Assembly (NCBI RefSeq): GCF_001194135.2
Contig: NC_068982.1
Span: forward strand, 30,288,966-30,352,965
Length of the DNA stretch: 64,000 nt
DNA from: Octopus bimaculoides
Lineage: Eukaryota
Reading direction: 5' to 3'
Positions 12,345 through 25,500 of this stretch are shown here, piece after piece. The notes beneath the pieces were generated by a model, which was given only the letters and a program-made list of their open reading frames with translations, searched no databases and was not told where the DNA came from. The first letter of the stretch is position 1, and every line of letters starts with the position of its first letter. The position numbers and the translations under genes were made by a program.

Positions 12345-12540
12345 ATTCACTTCACTACTGAGCGCAGCTCTGTGTGCCTTGGGTATGTGCTGTGGTTTGC
12401 TGTGATGCTCTTATGGTTACTGTATTGAAAGTGTTTTGCGTAAGATGGGTGCAGTGCCCAGTAGTGCAATTTTCTGTATGTTATAGATATATTTGTAAGT
12501 CCTGGTGTTTTTGTTATGTATTCGTCTGAATATTTTTTTA
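12345..12540 (-). mobile_element. 3' end of a restriction-like-endonuclease non-LTR retrotransposon (R4/Dong-like)
   Basis: Minus translation ...IYNIQKIALLGTAPILRKTLSIQ* resembles the C-terminal motif of these elements as I recall it; flanked by (TAA)n/(TCA)n runs. Confidence 0.55.
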
Positions 12541-12551
12541 TCATCATCATC

Positions 12552-12574
<23 letters not shown>

Positions 12575-12584
<10 letters not shown>

Positions 12585-13046
12585 GAGTGAGAGAGCAGTG
12601 CATGCCATCAAAGTAACACTGGGGTAAAATATATGAAGCCCAATATACCAATCATGGTTACCCGTCTGATAAGAGTACACCAGGCACGTGCATCACAACC
12701 ATATGTGCGCGTCATGGTGATCTCACATCAAGATAAACAGCGCATGAGCTCGCAGATGGGGCCCAGCTAGAATTTTCTTCAAGTCGGGTGAATTATTCAA
12801 ACCCCAAAGAATTCCTCTCAACACATTGCTATGATGCTCCCCCACTACTTCTGCTCGTGATCAGAGATGCACATATTGTCTGCAACCAAGGGGACATGCT
12901 CAACTAGTTAAGTTTAGGCAACCGACAAGCAAATCTGTGGTATTGAGCAAAATATTTGCTGTAGCTCATCTTTCATACTAAGACATTACATGTACTTGAT
13001 AACACTTCCAATCAGTTTAGATCAAATGCCATGACAGCCACTGCCT
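12575..13046 (-). mobile_element. SINE-like element (family F) with (AAT)n tail
   Basis: GC-richer 470-bp block bounded by simple repeats. Minus head gatgcagtacaaggcagtggctgtcatggc, tail running into (AAT)n. Confidence 0.5.
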
Positions 13047-13568
13047 TGTACTGCATCATCATCATCATTATTATTACTATCACTATTATTATTATTGAGG
13101 CGGTGAGCTGGCAGAATCATTAGCCTGGTGGCATTTTGTCCGTCTTTATGTTCTGAGTTCAAACGCTGTCACAGTTGACTTTGCTGTTCATCCTTTTGCT
13201 GCTGATAAAATATGTACCCATTAAGCACTTGGGTCCAATGTAACTGACTTGCTCCCTTCACTGAATTTGCTAGTTTGTGCCAAAATTTGAAATCATCAAC
13301 ATCATCATTTCTTAAAGTTTTTCAGTTTAAACATCGTGAACGAGGAACATTTCTATTGAAAACGTTTTTACTGAACCATTTTCTCCTATAAATAACTAAG
13401 AACATGCAGATGATAAACTATTTAAGTAGCACACTTTCAACATACTGCGAAATAAAAAATGATTTAAAGTGGATTAGGTGTGAAAACTCTTGCAGACCTG
13501 ACGTTGCCTCATCTTTTATTCTGACTCCCATCCTCTCATTGTTTCTTTTGCATCACCCCCATACATAC

Positions 13569-13599
13569 TTCCATCAGTGTATTGCAGTCATAGCTTGAA
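13569..13599 (-). CDS. candidate 31-nt exon (xSSYDCNTLME)
   Basis: Acceptor tctctaatttgtag, donor GAA|gtatgt. Only one frame open; phase 2 in and phase 0 out match both neighbours. Confidence 0.45.
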
Positions 13600-14759
13600 C
13601 TACAAATTAGAGAATTGACATCTTGGGTTGCTTTTTTTTTCCCTTTCTCTCTTCGATCTAATGTCTATAGTGCCTTTTCTTTACATAACATATATTTATT
13701 TTTTCTGACTCGGTACTAACTCAATAACCTGTTTTTTTTTTATTAAATGAGAACTACCTATTGTCATTTGAGCTGACTTCATTATATTTTTAATTGGTTA
13801 TTTGGTAACACAAAGAGATAAAAGTAAACTTGATTGCCATTAGATAAAAAAAACTAGCATTAGTCGAAGGTATATAAGTAAATATTATTCTTTTTTTCTT
13901 TTGTATAAACCTTATATGTACATCCATCAACATAAAATAGTTGTGGCTTGAATTGGAAATAGAAAAAATAAAGATCTTGAGTTTCATTTTTTCCTTCTGT
14001 TAGCTAATAGCTTTAACTCTCTTCTATTTTTTTTTTTTTTTAAAGCCAAGCAGTTACTCAATTATATACTTTTTATATAAGTGAGAATTATATTCAATTG
14101 AATTAATTCTCTTATTAATTAGGTTATTATGAAACTCAAACGGATAAATAGTAAACTTCACCATCATAAGATTTTAAAAAATCTATCCAGCATCAACATT
14201 AGTCTAAAGTATGTGACTAAATATTATTGCTTTACGATATCTAACAACTTGATGTATCATAAACAATGTTTGTACTGATATTCTATGCTGCATATTATCC
14301 ATCCATAGTTACACACACACATGCACGCATGCACGTGCACGCACACACACACACACTCACACACACAGACACACACACACTTCTGTATTGAGTCCTGTAG
14401 TCTGTTACTTTTGTTGAATCAACAGAGGGCTATATAATATTATCTGCGCTAGTTCATTGAGCATGCTCACAACCACTTAGTAACAGTGTTTTCTTTCTTT
14501 ACATACATTATGAATTAACTCTTGGAAATTTTTGTATTTACTTCATGAGGAGCCAAAGGCATAACAGAATATATATTTTTTGGACTAATGATTATCGATT
14601 AAGTAATTTATATATATATATATGGTGCTCCAGCATGGCTGCAGTCAGATGGCTGAAACAAATAAAAAGAATATATCTATATTTGTGTGTGTGTGATGTA
14701 GATAGGGTTCTTATGATTATTTTTTTCTCTGTATGAAGAATTTCTAATAGATGTCTTAC

Positions 14760-14791
14760 ATGTTTCTTCTATGTCCACAATTTTGTAACTC
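14760..14791 (-). CDS. candidate 32-nt exon (ELQNCGHRRN+AT)
   Basis: Acceptor tttcatttgctaacag with a ctaac branch-like motif, donor CAT|gtaaga. Confidence 0.45.
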
Positions 14792-15489
14792 CTGTTAGCA
14801 AATGAAACACGTGTAAGAAAATATTTTTTCCAGTCCGCTGTTTTTATGTACGTATACATATGTATGCACACATCTATGTATAGTTTCTTTTAGTTTATAT
14901 ATAAAAATATTATTATCTTAAAGAAACCGTGTCACTATAATATTGGCAACTTTCAGTTTAAGTGAGCTATTTTATTGGTATCTTGTTTTCTACAAGTTTC
15001 TTTTATATGTGTGTTTCTGTCACATTCATTATTTCTTATCTAAAAGCATTTTACTGTTCTGTTATGTCTTTTAATGAAAGGAAATAAAATTTAGTTCTCA
15101 AATCCCTGTTGAACGAATGCGTTCTCTTACAGGTTCCTGTTTCTTAATATTAATTGAAAGAATCAACGATAAAAATTATGTTCTTTAAATATGTAACATA
15201 TGTGTACTGTTTATAGCACACTTGTGGAAATGCAGAGAAATGTTTGCATGTCTAAATAGATGTGTTTATATGTATATATACATGCAGAGCATTTATTTTG
15301 ACAGTTGTAATTTAAATGATAAGTTATTCTGTAAGTTTGTTTCATTTGTTTTAATTATATTTTCATGTTTTAAATCTGTTTTACAGCTTATTAGTTAGCA
15401 ATGAATATAGTTTATGTGCTTCAATTAAAATATATCTTTACATTTCCAGATTCATTATTTCATATGTTATTGTTACTTTCCGTTTTATA

Positions 15490-16480
15490 TATTTGAAATG
15501 TGTTTCCACACTGCATTCAATGACTTCAGCTGGATATGTTTACTTTCATAGCTTGGTTGGATATTTTAAGGTTTTTAAGCTCTATAGGTCTTGCAGTGGC
15601 AATGTCCATTCTCATGACATTTCTTTGTTTACTGTATTTTACTGTTTAAAATCTATGCTTAGTAGCTGTATGTGTGTGATGATTGGTGTTTGTGATTTGA
15701 TGTTTGTACTTGGATTTTGGATCAGTAAGTAGCAATAGAAAATAATGGACATAACACACTAATGTTCAGTCTCTGCTTCTTATCTATTAATTACCAGGCA
15801 GTGTTTGTTTTTAATGCTCTTGACTCCACCTGATTGTGTGTTATTGTCCTGGTGTTAAAATTATGATGTTATCAGTTTGGCAGCTGAAGATGAGATTTAT
15901 GTGTTTGATGTACTTGTTTAATTGTGTGTCTTTTTGATTGTGGGCCTTTTACATCATGTGTCCTTGTGGTATCTTAGTTGTCCTTCTTTGAGATTATAGT
16001 CCTTATAGTGTTGGAGTTAAACTTATTTAGGGAGTTTTTGGTTTCTCAGTTTATGGTGTAAGGGTTGTACACATTATACTCTACAACAATATTGTGTGAC
16101 TTTTCTTTCCTCGGGATTCTAATGCTGGTAAGAGTTATATCTTTTTAGGGATTTATAGTTTATAGAGGGTTTGTTGCATGGGCAGACCCACCCATTCATG
16201 CACACAAGCAGATGTATTCATAGATAGATAAGGTCCTGTTAATATGGGCTATCTCTAGAATTAACACAAGTCTTGCTAAAGTAAGGGATGGAAACTTGAT
16301 TGAGGTTTCTGCACTGACTTTTGTGATGAATGACCTGCTAACAATATCTTCATGGGTTTGTAACATTAGTTTTTCCATCTCACTGCATAGTTTGTGTAAT
16401 AGTTGAAGAAAGAAACAGTATGCCTTCATAGGGACTTGCATCACATCTGTGCTATACAAGTTTAATTTAATGAATGGCAT
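15490..16480 (-). mobile_element. highly decayed retroelement coding remnant, possibly Penelope-like
   Basis: A/C-rich minus strand with frame-shifted pieces SRSFITKV, VSIPY and LKSLNAVWKHI that loosely resemble Penelope ORF motifs; many stops. Confidence 0.25.
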
Positions 16481-18164
16481 GCTTCTAGTTTGTTGTTCAC
16501 TATATCTTGTCTAATGCTACTCAAGTTGTGTATGTATGTCTGTATTATGTTTGGAGAGAGAGTGGGGTACTGAGATAGATAAACACAATTAGCCATGATG
16601 CGTGTATTTACATGAAGCACAAAAAATACAGAATAGCAATAAAAGTAAAGAATATATATATATATTTTTCATTTTGTTTCTTTGTTTTATGTGCTCCATT
16701 CTTGTACATGCATAACAGCTTGCTTTGGATTTCTCTCATAGTCACAGTTGATGCCGCAGGCCTTGCCCTGGATGAACTTAGAATTTGTGTTGAAATTTAT
16801 TTGAGCATTATTCTGTCTTTCCTAAACTGAGCTTATTTACTTCTCACCAGTTGACTCTGTGTGTGTGTGGGGGGGGGGGGGATATATGATTGATTTTGTG
16901 CTATTATTGTATGCCACATTAAAAGTACCCAACACACACTGTAAAGTGGTTGGCATTAAGAAGGGTATCCAGCCATAGAAATGAACCAAATCATACTGGA
17001 ACTTGATGCAGCTCTCTGGCTTGCCAACCCTGATTAAAACGTCCAACCCATGCCAGCATGGAAAACGGACATTAAAAGACTAGGAGGAGGAGTAGGATAT
17101 TTTGAAGGACGTTTAAGAAATGACAACAGAACTTTAATGATATCAGGGTCACAATACTAAATGTATGTCAAATATATTATAATATTAGTTTTGATCAGGA
17201 TTTCAAAAGTCATCAAATGGCTTATTCAACTAGTTACCTGCATACACACACATGTGAGGTGGGCCGACAAAGTGTGGTAGAGAACATGCATTTTAAAATA
17301 TCCAGTTTAGTACTGCCTCTTTGCCAGGGCAGTTTGCTTTTCACTGCATGTTGGGAAAAAATAATCAAGAATATTGAGAGCTAACTTTCTATGAACCTTG
17401 TATCAGGAATATAACTTAAATGTTTTGTACAAACGGTTATGATGGACGGTTCTAATTTAAATGTGAACACTTCAAATGAAAGAATTTGTTTTGTAGCACC
17501 AGAAGTGGTCTGAGGCAGATTTTTATCAAGAAAGGTTCAAACCTAATTTTTGTTTGGTATTCCTTTCTCAAGTTTACTTTGCTTGTGGTTATTCAGAAAT
17601 TAATTATATAACTATTATTAAATTAATTACTTCAGTTTCATTTAATCAATCATATTTCTGTCTTCTCACTAAAAATCTGAGTAGTTGCCAGGTCAAAGGA
17701 ATTCATAATTTTCTTTTAATTTTTCTGCCTTATCTTTAATGCATGCCATATGTTAATAATAATCTCAAGTAATGTCGTCCTGATTCTCATCCAGAACTAT
17801 TTTATGCTATTGATCATATGTGATAATTATCTATTGGAAAGATATCAATATCTATATTTCAGTTTCTTAAATGTTTATATTTCTTTATATTGTTCAATTT
17901 TTCTCTTATCCATCAACATTTCTCTTTTCTAATTATTCCTCAAACTTGTTGCATAGTAGTTAGATATCGTCTGTGAGACTCTGCCAGAAAATTCAAAACT
18001 TTGCTCAAAATCCCATGTTAATTTATGTTCCAAGTATCAAGATAATTCAATATTTGGTATCCTAAATTACTCATTATTTTCAGAGTGCAATGAAAACAGT
18101 TAGTGTATTTCAATAGAAATACGGTAATGAATGAATGAGGAATAAAATATAACCTTTAGAATAA

Positions 18165-19080
18165 ACTAGCAGAAATACCCGGCTCTGCCCGGGTTAAAGA
18201 GAATAATGAAATCTAAAAACGCCGTCTAGACTACGCAACCCTCAACTGTTAGTAGCTATGATACCATATTTCTACATTAATAACTCTCCAATCCATGCCA
18301 GCATGGAAAATAGACATTAAGTGGAATGCCAGTCTCTCATCTGGGAAGGTCTTGAAATCAATGTTACCAACTGGGGACTATGTGTGTCGCAGTGATAATA
18401 AAAAGACTCAAAGGAGGTCTGCAACGAAATAATTTTACTCAACACTTTGCAAGTGAATCAGTGGAGGCAAAGATGCGTCTCATTTACTTGACAATTTATG
18501 CACCACATTGCAGAAATCACAATGTAAGTATATCTGANNNNNNNNNNNNNNNNNNNNNNNNNNNNNNNNNNNNNNNNNNNNNNNNNNNNNNNNNNNNNNN
18601 NNNNNNNNNNNNNNNNNNNNNNNNNNNNNNNNNNNNNNNNNNNNNNNNNNNNNNNNNNNNNNNNNNNNNNNNNNNNNNNNNNNNNNNNNNNNNNNNNNNN
18701 NNNNNNNNNNNNNNNNNNNNNNNNNNNNNNNNNNNNNNNNNNNNNNNNNNNNNNNNNNNNNNNNNNNNNNNNNNNNNNNNNNNNNNNNNNNNNNNNNNNN
18801 NNNNNNNNNNNNNNNNNNNNNNNNNNNNNNNNNNNNNNNNNNNNNNNNNNNNNNNNNNNNNNNNNNNNNNNNNNNNNNNNNNNNNNNNNNNNNNNNNNNN
18901 NNNNNNNNNNNNNNNNNNNNNNNNNNNNNNNNNNNNNNNNNNNNNNNNNNNNNNNNNNNNNNNNNNNNNNNNNNNNNNNNCACATATGTATACATATACA
19001 TGTATGCATATAGATCTATATCTATATATATATATCTTTACATATACGTGTACATATACATCTATATGTATACATATACA

Positions 19081-19159
<79 letters not shown>

Positions 19160-19476
19160 GAAAGTATCTGTCATTACAGTATCGAAATGTGATTGTTTCA
19201 GTGAGTGGAATAGTTTCATTTTTAAAGTGAAAGTATTTGACATGAGTGTTTTTGTTTCACTTTTGACATGTGATACTTAAATAGTGGAGGAGATATTATG
19301 TTGCCGTGGGCTCGAACTCTGCAAGAAGTTAAAAATTTTTCTTTACTAAAACACAACTAGAACCCTAAGTAAGGCATCTGTAAAATTTGAATGAAATTGG
19401 TTGCGTAGTTCTCGAGTTTTAGGGATACACACACACAGACAGACAGACACACATTCTCATTTTTATATATATAGAT
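18165..19476 (+). mobile_element. non-autonomous Helitron/Helentron-like element (Lep1/DINE-like), spanning a gap and microsatellites
   Basis: 5' actagcagaaatacccggctctgcccggg. 3' block aaatttgaatgaaattggttgcgtagttctcgagtt...acagacagacacacattctcatttttatatatatagat. The two ends may not belong to one copy. Confidence 0.45.
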
Positions 19477-20507
19477 ATCCAATAGTTTTGGGAATTAGCT
19501 TTAAGATGCTCTCAAGATAGCTCTGACAGTTCACACCTATTTTATATATTTTATTTATTTATTTTTTCATACTGTACAATATGATTTGAGATCTTGGTTC
19601 ATATGTCTAACATGGTGAGTATCCATGTAGATTCTTCCTCATTGGCCAGTACATATTTTAACATAGTATTGATACTCCTTTCTAGTATAAGTACAAGGCT
19701 TGAACTGTTAGGAGAAAGAGCTAGTCAATTACATTGAGTGGTATTTATATCATCAGTCCCAAAAGGATGAAAAGTAAAGACAACCTTGCTACAATTTGAA
19801 TTCAGGATTTAAAGCTAGAAGAACATAAAGCCTCTAAACATTTTGTCTGGCATACTAATGATTCTGCCAGCTTGCTGGCTTACAGAGTGTTAATAATAAT
19901 ACCTACAAAGTTCTTGCTCTCTCTTTCACCCTTCCTCCATTTTTTTTTTTTTTTTCCTTTGCTAGATGTTTATTGACTTGTCTTATTCTCTAAATTTTAT
20001 TCCCTTATTCTTTTTCAATGAACTGATTTTGTCTTTGAGTGCAATAAGTAATTTGTCATATGTATTTTGATACCCTGCTGGTCTGTGTTCAAATTCACTG
20101 TAGAAAGAGACTTAGCTTGTCTCATGGATGATAAAATAAATTATCACTATTATTTAAAAATTGATTAGCTTACTATTGTCTGCTGCAAGTATTCCTCTGG
20201 AAAATTTATTCTCAACATTGGTCTGAATAGATCTTCACTGTCAAAAATGTATGCATATGTTTTTTAGTGTGCACACATGTTCTTGTATGTGTATATTTAT
20301 ATATGTATACATCTATAAGTGTATACTTGTGTGTGTCTGTGTGTGCATATAAACAAAAGGTAAAACATCTCTAGAAATTCTTTTGCAAGTTAATAATGTC
20401 TTGTTGAGGAATTTTGTTTTGTGCTTTGTACATACAGTACTGTCTGAAGATATAAAGATGTTGGGAGTTCTCCATGATGATGAGCTATGCCATCAATTGG
20501 TAAATAC

Positions 20508-20589
20508 TATAGGGCTCCAGTCTCTGGCCTTGTACAAGTGTTTAAATGCTGCCGAAATGGTCATACACACATCTCCACAAATAATATGT
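20508..20589 (-). CDS. candidate 82-nt exon (xHIICGDVCMTISAAFKHLYKARDWSPI)
   Basis: Acceptor ttcatttcatttctgatcttcaacag, weak donor ATA|gtattt. Only one frame open throughout; phase 2 in and phase 0 out match the neighbours. Confidence 0.4.
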
Positions 20590-21106
20590 CTGTTGAAGAT
20601 CAGAAATGAAATGAAACCCAGTGCCAATGTAAATGTTGGAATAAAAGTTTTCAGTATCTTAAGATGGGATTCTGTATTCGGAAAAATTATTATCTCAGTA
20701 ATCCTATCTCAGACGTTTAGACATTTAATTAAATTTGATTTAATCTAATTATAGTTTTAACCAACTAAAAGGAATGAAATTTTCTCAACATTCTTACATT
20801 AGATAGTTATTTGGCTTTGTTCTGGTGTACTTCTATGTTTTTAAATGCTTACAACTATAGTTAACAGTTTTAAGTGCTGATCAGTCTTCAAGAGTTGGTG
20901 ACAGAATAAATTTTTTTTTTTATTAAGTTTCTGCAGTACTCCAAGAGAATTTTTGTTTTATATTTATTTTTGTACTTGTTGAGAATGGTCTGGAGGAAGG
21001 TGCACTGCCCATAACATTTGCAGTTTGATGCTGTTAATGATACTAGCCTGTCTGAAACCACCCTTGATTTGTTAATACAGATTCCTTATTTGAAAGTGAT
21101 CTAAAT

Positions 21107-21313
21107 TTTGAGTCAAATACTTATTATATTGGTCTCTATAACCAAACTACTAGGTTATGGGAATGTAAACAAACCAACACTGGTTGTCTGTTGGTGGCAG
21201 TGATGAGCAAACACACACACTCACACACAATGAACGTCTTTCGCTTTCCGTCTTCTAAATCCACTCAAGGCTATAGTGGAAGACATTTGTTGTAGGTACT
21301 ACACAGTGAGACT
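21107..21313 (+). repeat. 207-bp direct duplication, copy 1 (copy 2 at 22300-22506)
   Basis: Base-by-base reading found no difference between the two copies of an otherwise decayed SINE fragment. Confidence 0.9.
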
Positions 21314-22009
21314 GAACCCAGAACCATATAGTTGGGAATTAAATTTCTTAACACACAGCCAGAACTCTGCCAAGCCATGTCTGTGCCTTGTCAATTTATA
21401 TTCTAAACACCAGATTAATTGTGACAGAATTGTTTTAATGAATTCTCCATTATTTTGAAAATAACTGAAACAGCAGCAGTGTATTTTAGCAGAAATATGG
21501 TGACAAACTGGTTAAAATTGCAGGTCAACAACTACAGAAAAGTCGTGAACAAGGACAGGATTTCTAGCAGTAAGGGCTAGGCTGAAGCCAAATAGTTCTG
21601 ATTTTAAAAAATGGCTCTTATTGTTGCAATAAAAAAAGATAGGGAAGACACATGCATGTGATCAAAAGTCTGCAAGTGATTGGAAATCAATTTAATCTAG
21701 TGGCACATCTGGATGCGACCATGATGTCTGACAGTGTAGTAGCAGAAACCATTGCAGATGTAAAAAGAGTGACTCTTTTACTTGTTTCTGCTATTTGCCT
21801 ATGGACGTGCTGGGGCATCTCCTTGAAGGGTTTTAGTCGAAAAAATTGACCCAGGATTTATTTCTTGAGCCTAGTACTGATTCTATCGGTATCTTTTGCC
21901 AAGCTGCTAAGTTATGGGGATGTAAACACACCAACACCGGTTGTCATGTGGTGATGGGAAGGCAATCAGAGACACACGCACATATATATATATACAACAG
22001 ACTTCTTTC

Positions 22010-22147
22010 ATCTTGTTTGTTGTTAACACGTTTCGGCTGATATACCCTCCAGCCTTCATCAGGTGTCTTAACAACAAGGATGAGGACAAATATCTGTCAA
22101 ATGTAAATAATGTAAATAATGTACATCATTCCTCATATAGAACTGTA
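22010..22147 (+). mobile_element. hammerhead SINE copy 2: 5'-truncated with inverted 5' segment
   Basis: Inverted segment 22010-22069, forward segment 22070-22147 ending atagaactgt. 11-bp TSD agacttctttc at 21999-22009 and 22148-22158. Splits a family A SINE. Confidence 0.85.
22025..22067 (-). ncRNA. minimal type I hammerhead motif with intact CUGAUGA/GAAA but a 3-nt deletion at the cleavage site
   Basis: Minus strand: gacac CTGATGA a GGCTG gagggtatat CAGCC GAAA C gtgtt. The other copies read AAA(C/T)GTTGTG here. Confidence 0.8.
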
Positions 22148-22299
22148 AGACTTCTTTCTGTTTCCATCTGCCAAATCCATTCACAAGGCTTTGGTTGGCA
22201 TAAGGCTATTGTAGAAGATACTTGCCCAAGTGCTATGCAGTGGGACTGAACCAACAACCATGCGGTTGAGAAGCAAGCTTCTTACCACACAGCCGCACA

Positions 22300-22506
22300 T
22301 TTGAGTCAAATACTTATTATATTGGTCTCTATAACCAAACTACTAGGTTATGGGAATGTAAACAAACCAACACTGGTTGTCTGTTGGTGGCAGTGATGAG
22401 CAAACACACACACTCACACACAATGAACGTCTTTCGCTTTCCGTCTTCTAAATCCACTCAAGGCTATAGTGGAAGACATTTGTTGTAGGTACTACACAGT
22501 GAGACT
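22300..22506 (+). repeat. 207-bp direct duplication, copy 2
   Basis: Identical to 21107-21313; ends abruptly mid-SINE. Confidence 0.9.
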
Positions 22507-25500
22507 TATATTTTTCTTGTGAGTGAGACAGTCTCCTGATTGATACATTATTTTTTGTTAAGTGGGGTAAGCTAGTAGAGTTATTAGCATGCCAGGCAAA
22601 ATGCTTACCGGAATTTTGTCCCTCTTTAAGTTTTGAGTTCAAATTCCTCCAAGGCCAACTTGGCGTTTCATTTTTCCAGGCTCAAAAGAATAAGTATCAG
22701 TTAAGCACTGGGGTTGATGTAATCAACATGCCCTTTGCCCAAACTTGTTGGGCCTTGTGCCAGCATTCTAAACCAATATGTTATCCATCATTGTATCACA
22801 TTTCTAAAACTATTGTGTTTCGGAAAGCCTTGGGAATTGCTGAACGAATCATTATGCTTGTATTCATCATTCCAATTATGATAATATGAGGGTCAGTACT
22901 ATTTTTAGCTCCACTTCTCATCATTCTAACTTCCATTGCTGTTTGTTCTGTAGCCACAGGTTTGATCTGGCTAAGCTGTTCTTTGATCAAAGACATTCCA
23001 CTTGTGATCATCCTGTGTATATTTTTTTTTTGCAAGGATCATCATCATCACCGTAATCATCATCATTTTCTTAATGTCCACTTCTCCATGCCCTGTTTCT
23101 ATGTAATTTCACATTTCCCCATTTCTTGACATGTTTTCACGGAAGATTGGAAGTGAAGGACACCACCTCAGTAATGGCAATTCTCATTTACAACAATCAT
23201 GTAATGTGAAGAGAAGGATGCACAAACGTGGCCCCTTCCTCTTGTTCTCTCTCTCCCCTCCCCCTCTCTCTCCCTCACACACACATGGAGCTTATCTCTT
23301 CTCTTTTCTCTTTACTTGTTTCAGTCATTTGACTGTGGCCATGCTGGAGCACTGCTTTTAGTCGAGCAAATCAATCCCAGGACTTATTCTTTGTAAGCCT
23401 CGTACTTATTCTATCGGTGTCTTTTGCCGAACCGCTAAGCTACGGGGACGTAAGCACACCAACATCGGTTGGGACTGAACCCGGGACCATGTGGTTGTTA
23501 AGCAAGCTACTTACCACACAGCCACTCCTGCGCCTATATAGACAAATATATACCAAAGTTTCACTGTATCTCCTCATCAGTCTACAAACTCCAGTTACTG
23601 CTTCCTACTCTCTGGGCACATATCCCACCAAAACCAGCTTTGCCCTTCATCCTTTTAGGGAAGGAAGTAGATTGGTGAGACCATTGGTGAGATTATGTAT
23701 CTTACATTACTTGCTCCTGCTCTTTCATTCTGAGTTCAAATTCCTTCATGGCTTACTTAGGTAGATGGCTTAATCTGTTGCAAGTATTCTGACCAGGTTT
23801 CAGGTTTCAAAATACCTTCCTCTCTCTCCCTCCCACCAGCCTCAGAAAGGGTCAGAAGCACTACTTTCCCTCTTGACTAAAAAAAAAATGGTTAAAAAAG
23901 AAAAATGTGTTTTATACACATAAAACACACAGCAAATATAACATTCTTTGTAATTAGCGAAACCAAGAATATTAGCAAAGTAATAATGGTTTTTAAATTT
24001 TGGCACAAGACCTGCAATTTTAGGGTTGGAAGCTAGTCAGTTACATCAACTTCAGTGCACAACTGGTACTTACTTCATTGACTCCAAAACAATGGGAATC
24101 AATGTTGACCCCGGTGGAATTTGAACTCAGAATCTAAAGATGAGATTCTTCTGCATAGAAGATGGTTGCAGCAAATATTGGTGTGAACTGGAGACTTATA
24201 GAACTACTTGGTCTGTCTGTAGCTTTAATTTAGGCCAAGGATTTCACATGAATGGCATGGCTAAACCCATTATCGGCTTATCAAGGACATGGGAGTACTA
24301 GCAGTTTTAAGACGCATAAGAAACTATAGTTACCACAGACTATTTCAGCATTGAAGAACCTTTGGGGGGGGGGGGGAGTGTGTAGGTAACACATTTGTTG
24401 TTGTAATATGATGCTAACCTTCATTGGAAACTCTGCCAACTCTACTAGCACAATTCACAGATCTTTATACTTTTCTTGTTATTTAATCTTCTTTGGAAAC
24501 CATTAAATTTGTGTCTAGAAGTTTCTATTGTTATCTCTGCACCACTTACCAATTATACATGTATTTATTCATTATTTGAAAATAAAGAACATAAGAAACT
24601 TAAGTTTGCATTTGCATTTCTGGTTGTTTTATCATTCCCAAAATATTCTCTTTATTTATTTTAATTGCTTCTTTTATTAAAATTAGGTGGTATTTGGATT
24701 AATGTAATTTCCATCTGCGATGTTTACCATTTTCTTTCATTGTTCTTACAAACTGTAATTCTTCTCATCCCTCTCTTATTCTACAGTTAACTATTCTACT
24801 ACTTGTATACTGCACACTGTCTACTTCATTGTAATTAAGCTACATTAGACTAGCCCTACAACTGTTGCTCATTGTTAATATAGATACCAATTTTTGCTGT
24901 CAGCCTTTTGAGGTGGATAAGAAAGCACCAATCCAAAGGATAAATATATAGGGGTGGGCAAGATGTCTTGTGGCATCTGTTCTAACTCTAGGCATTCTAA
25001 CAGCTATTTGTAACAAGACTGGTACGCAGCTTTACAGGCCTAGGTTGGCAGCCTTTTCTATTGATAAACATCAGTATTGTAGAGAAGCGACATTTACATG
25101 TATGCTTAGATGATGCTCTTCTTCAGAAAATATTGCCCAAACTGGCACCTATATATGTAGATATGTAGTTAACTTTGACCATTAGAGACCCTCAGATAAC
25201 CTACAGGCCAACGTTATAATTCTTAACCCTTTAGCATTTAAACCAGCCATTTTCAGCCCAAATATTCTACCTGTTTTAGATCTAAATTGGCTAGAGCTAG
25301 CCTCTCACACCTCCTCTACAATGTCCTTCTAAAAATAGAAAATTTCATCATTAAAATCTTGAAGCTTCAAGATAATGCAAGATAATGCAAGATTAATTCA
25401 AAATGATGTGAATAAATAAACATTGGATTTGATAAAGTAAGCTGATTGCTAAAGGTTTCAAAATTTACTCCACTTGATTGAGAACCATTGGTTTAGTCAC

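Noticed and set aside
17420-17510. MDGSNLNV, loosely like the hAT transposase SMDGPNVN motif
   Set aside because: Too short and too degenerate; flanking motifs are not in the expected order.
18380-19192. Long ORFs here and at 29.9-30.6, 32.8-33.4 and 45.4-46.0 kb
   Set aside because: They run through N gaps and are artefacts.
22796-23035. Hydrophobic plus-strand frame with a single TGA (mitochondrial-code or Sec reading) and the opposite 79-aa ORF
   Set aside because: No similarity to mitochondrial proteins, no SECIS seen, and the minus acceptor is purine-rich. Similar single-stop frames at 3.3, 9.7 and 16.4 kb are better explained by chance or decayed TEs.
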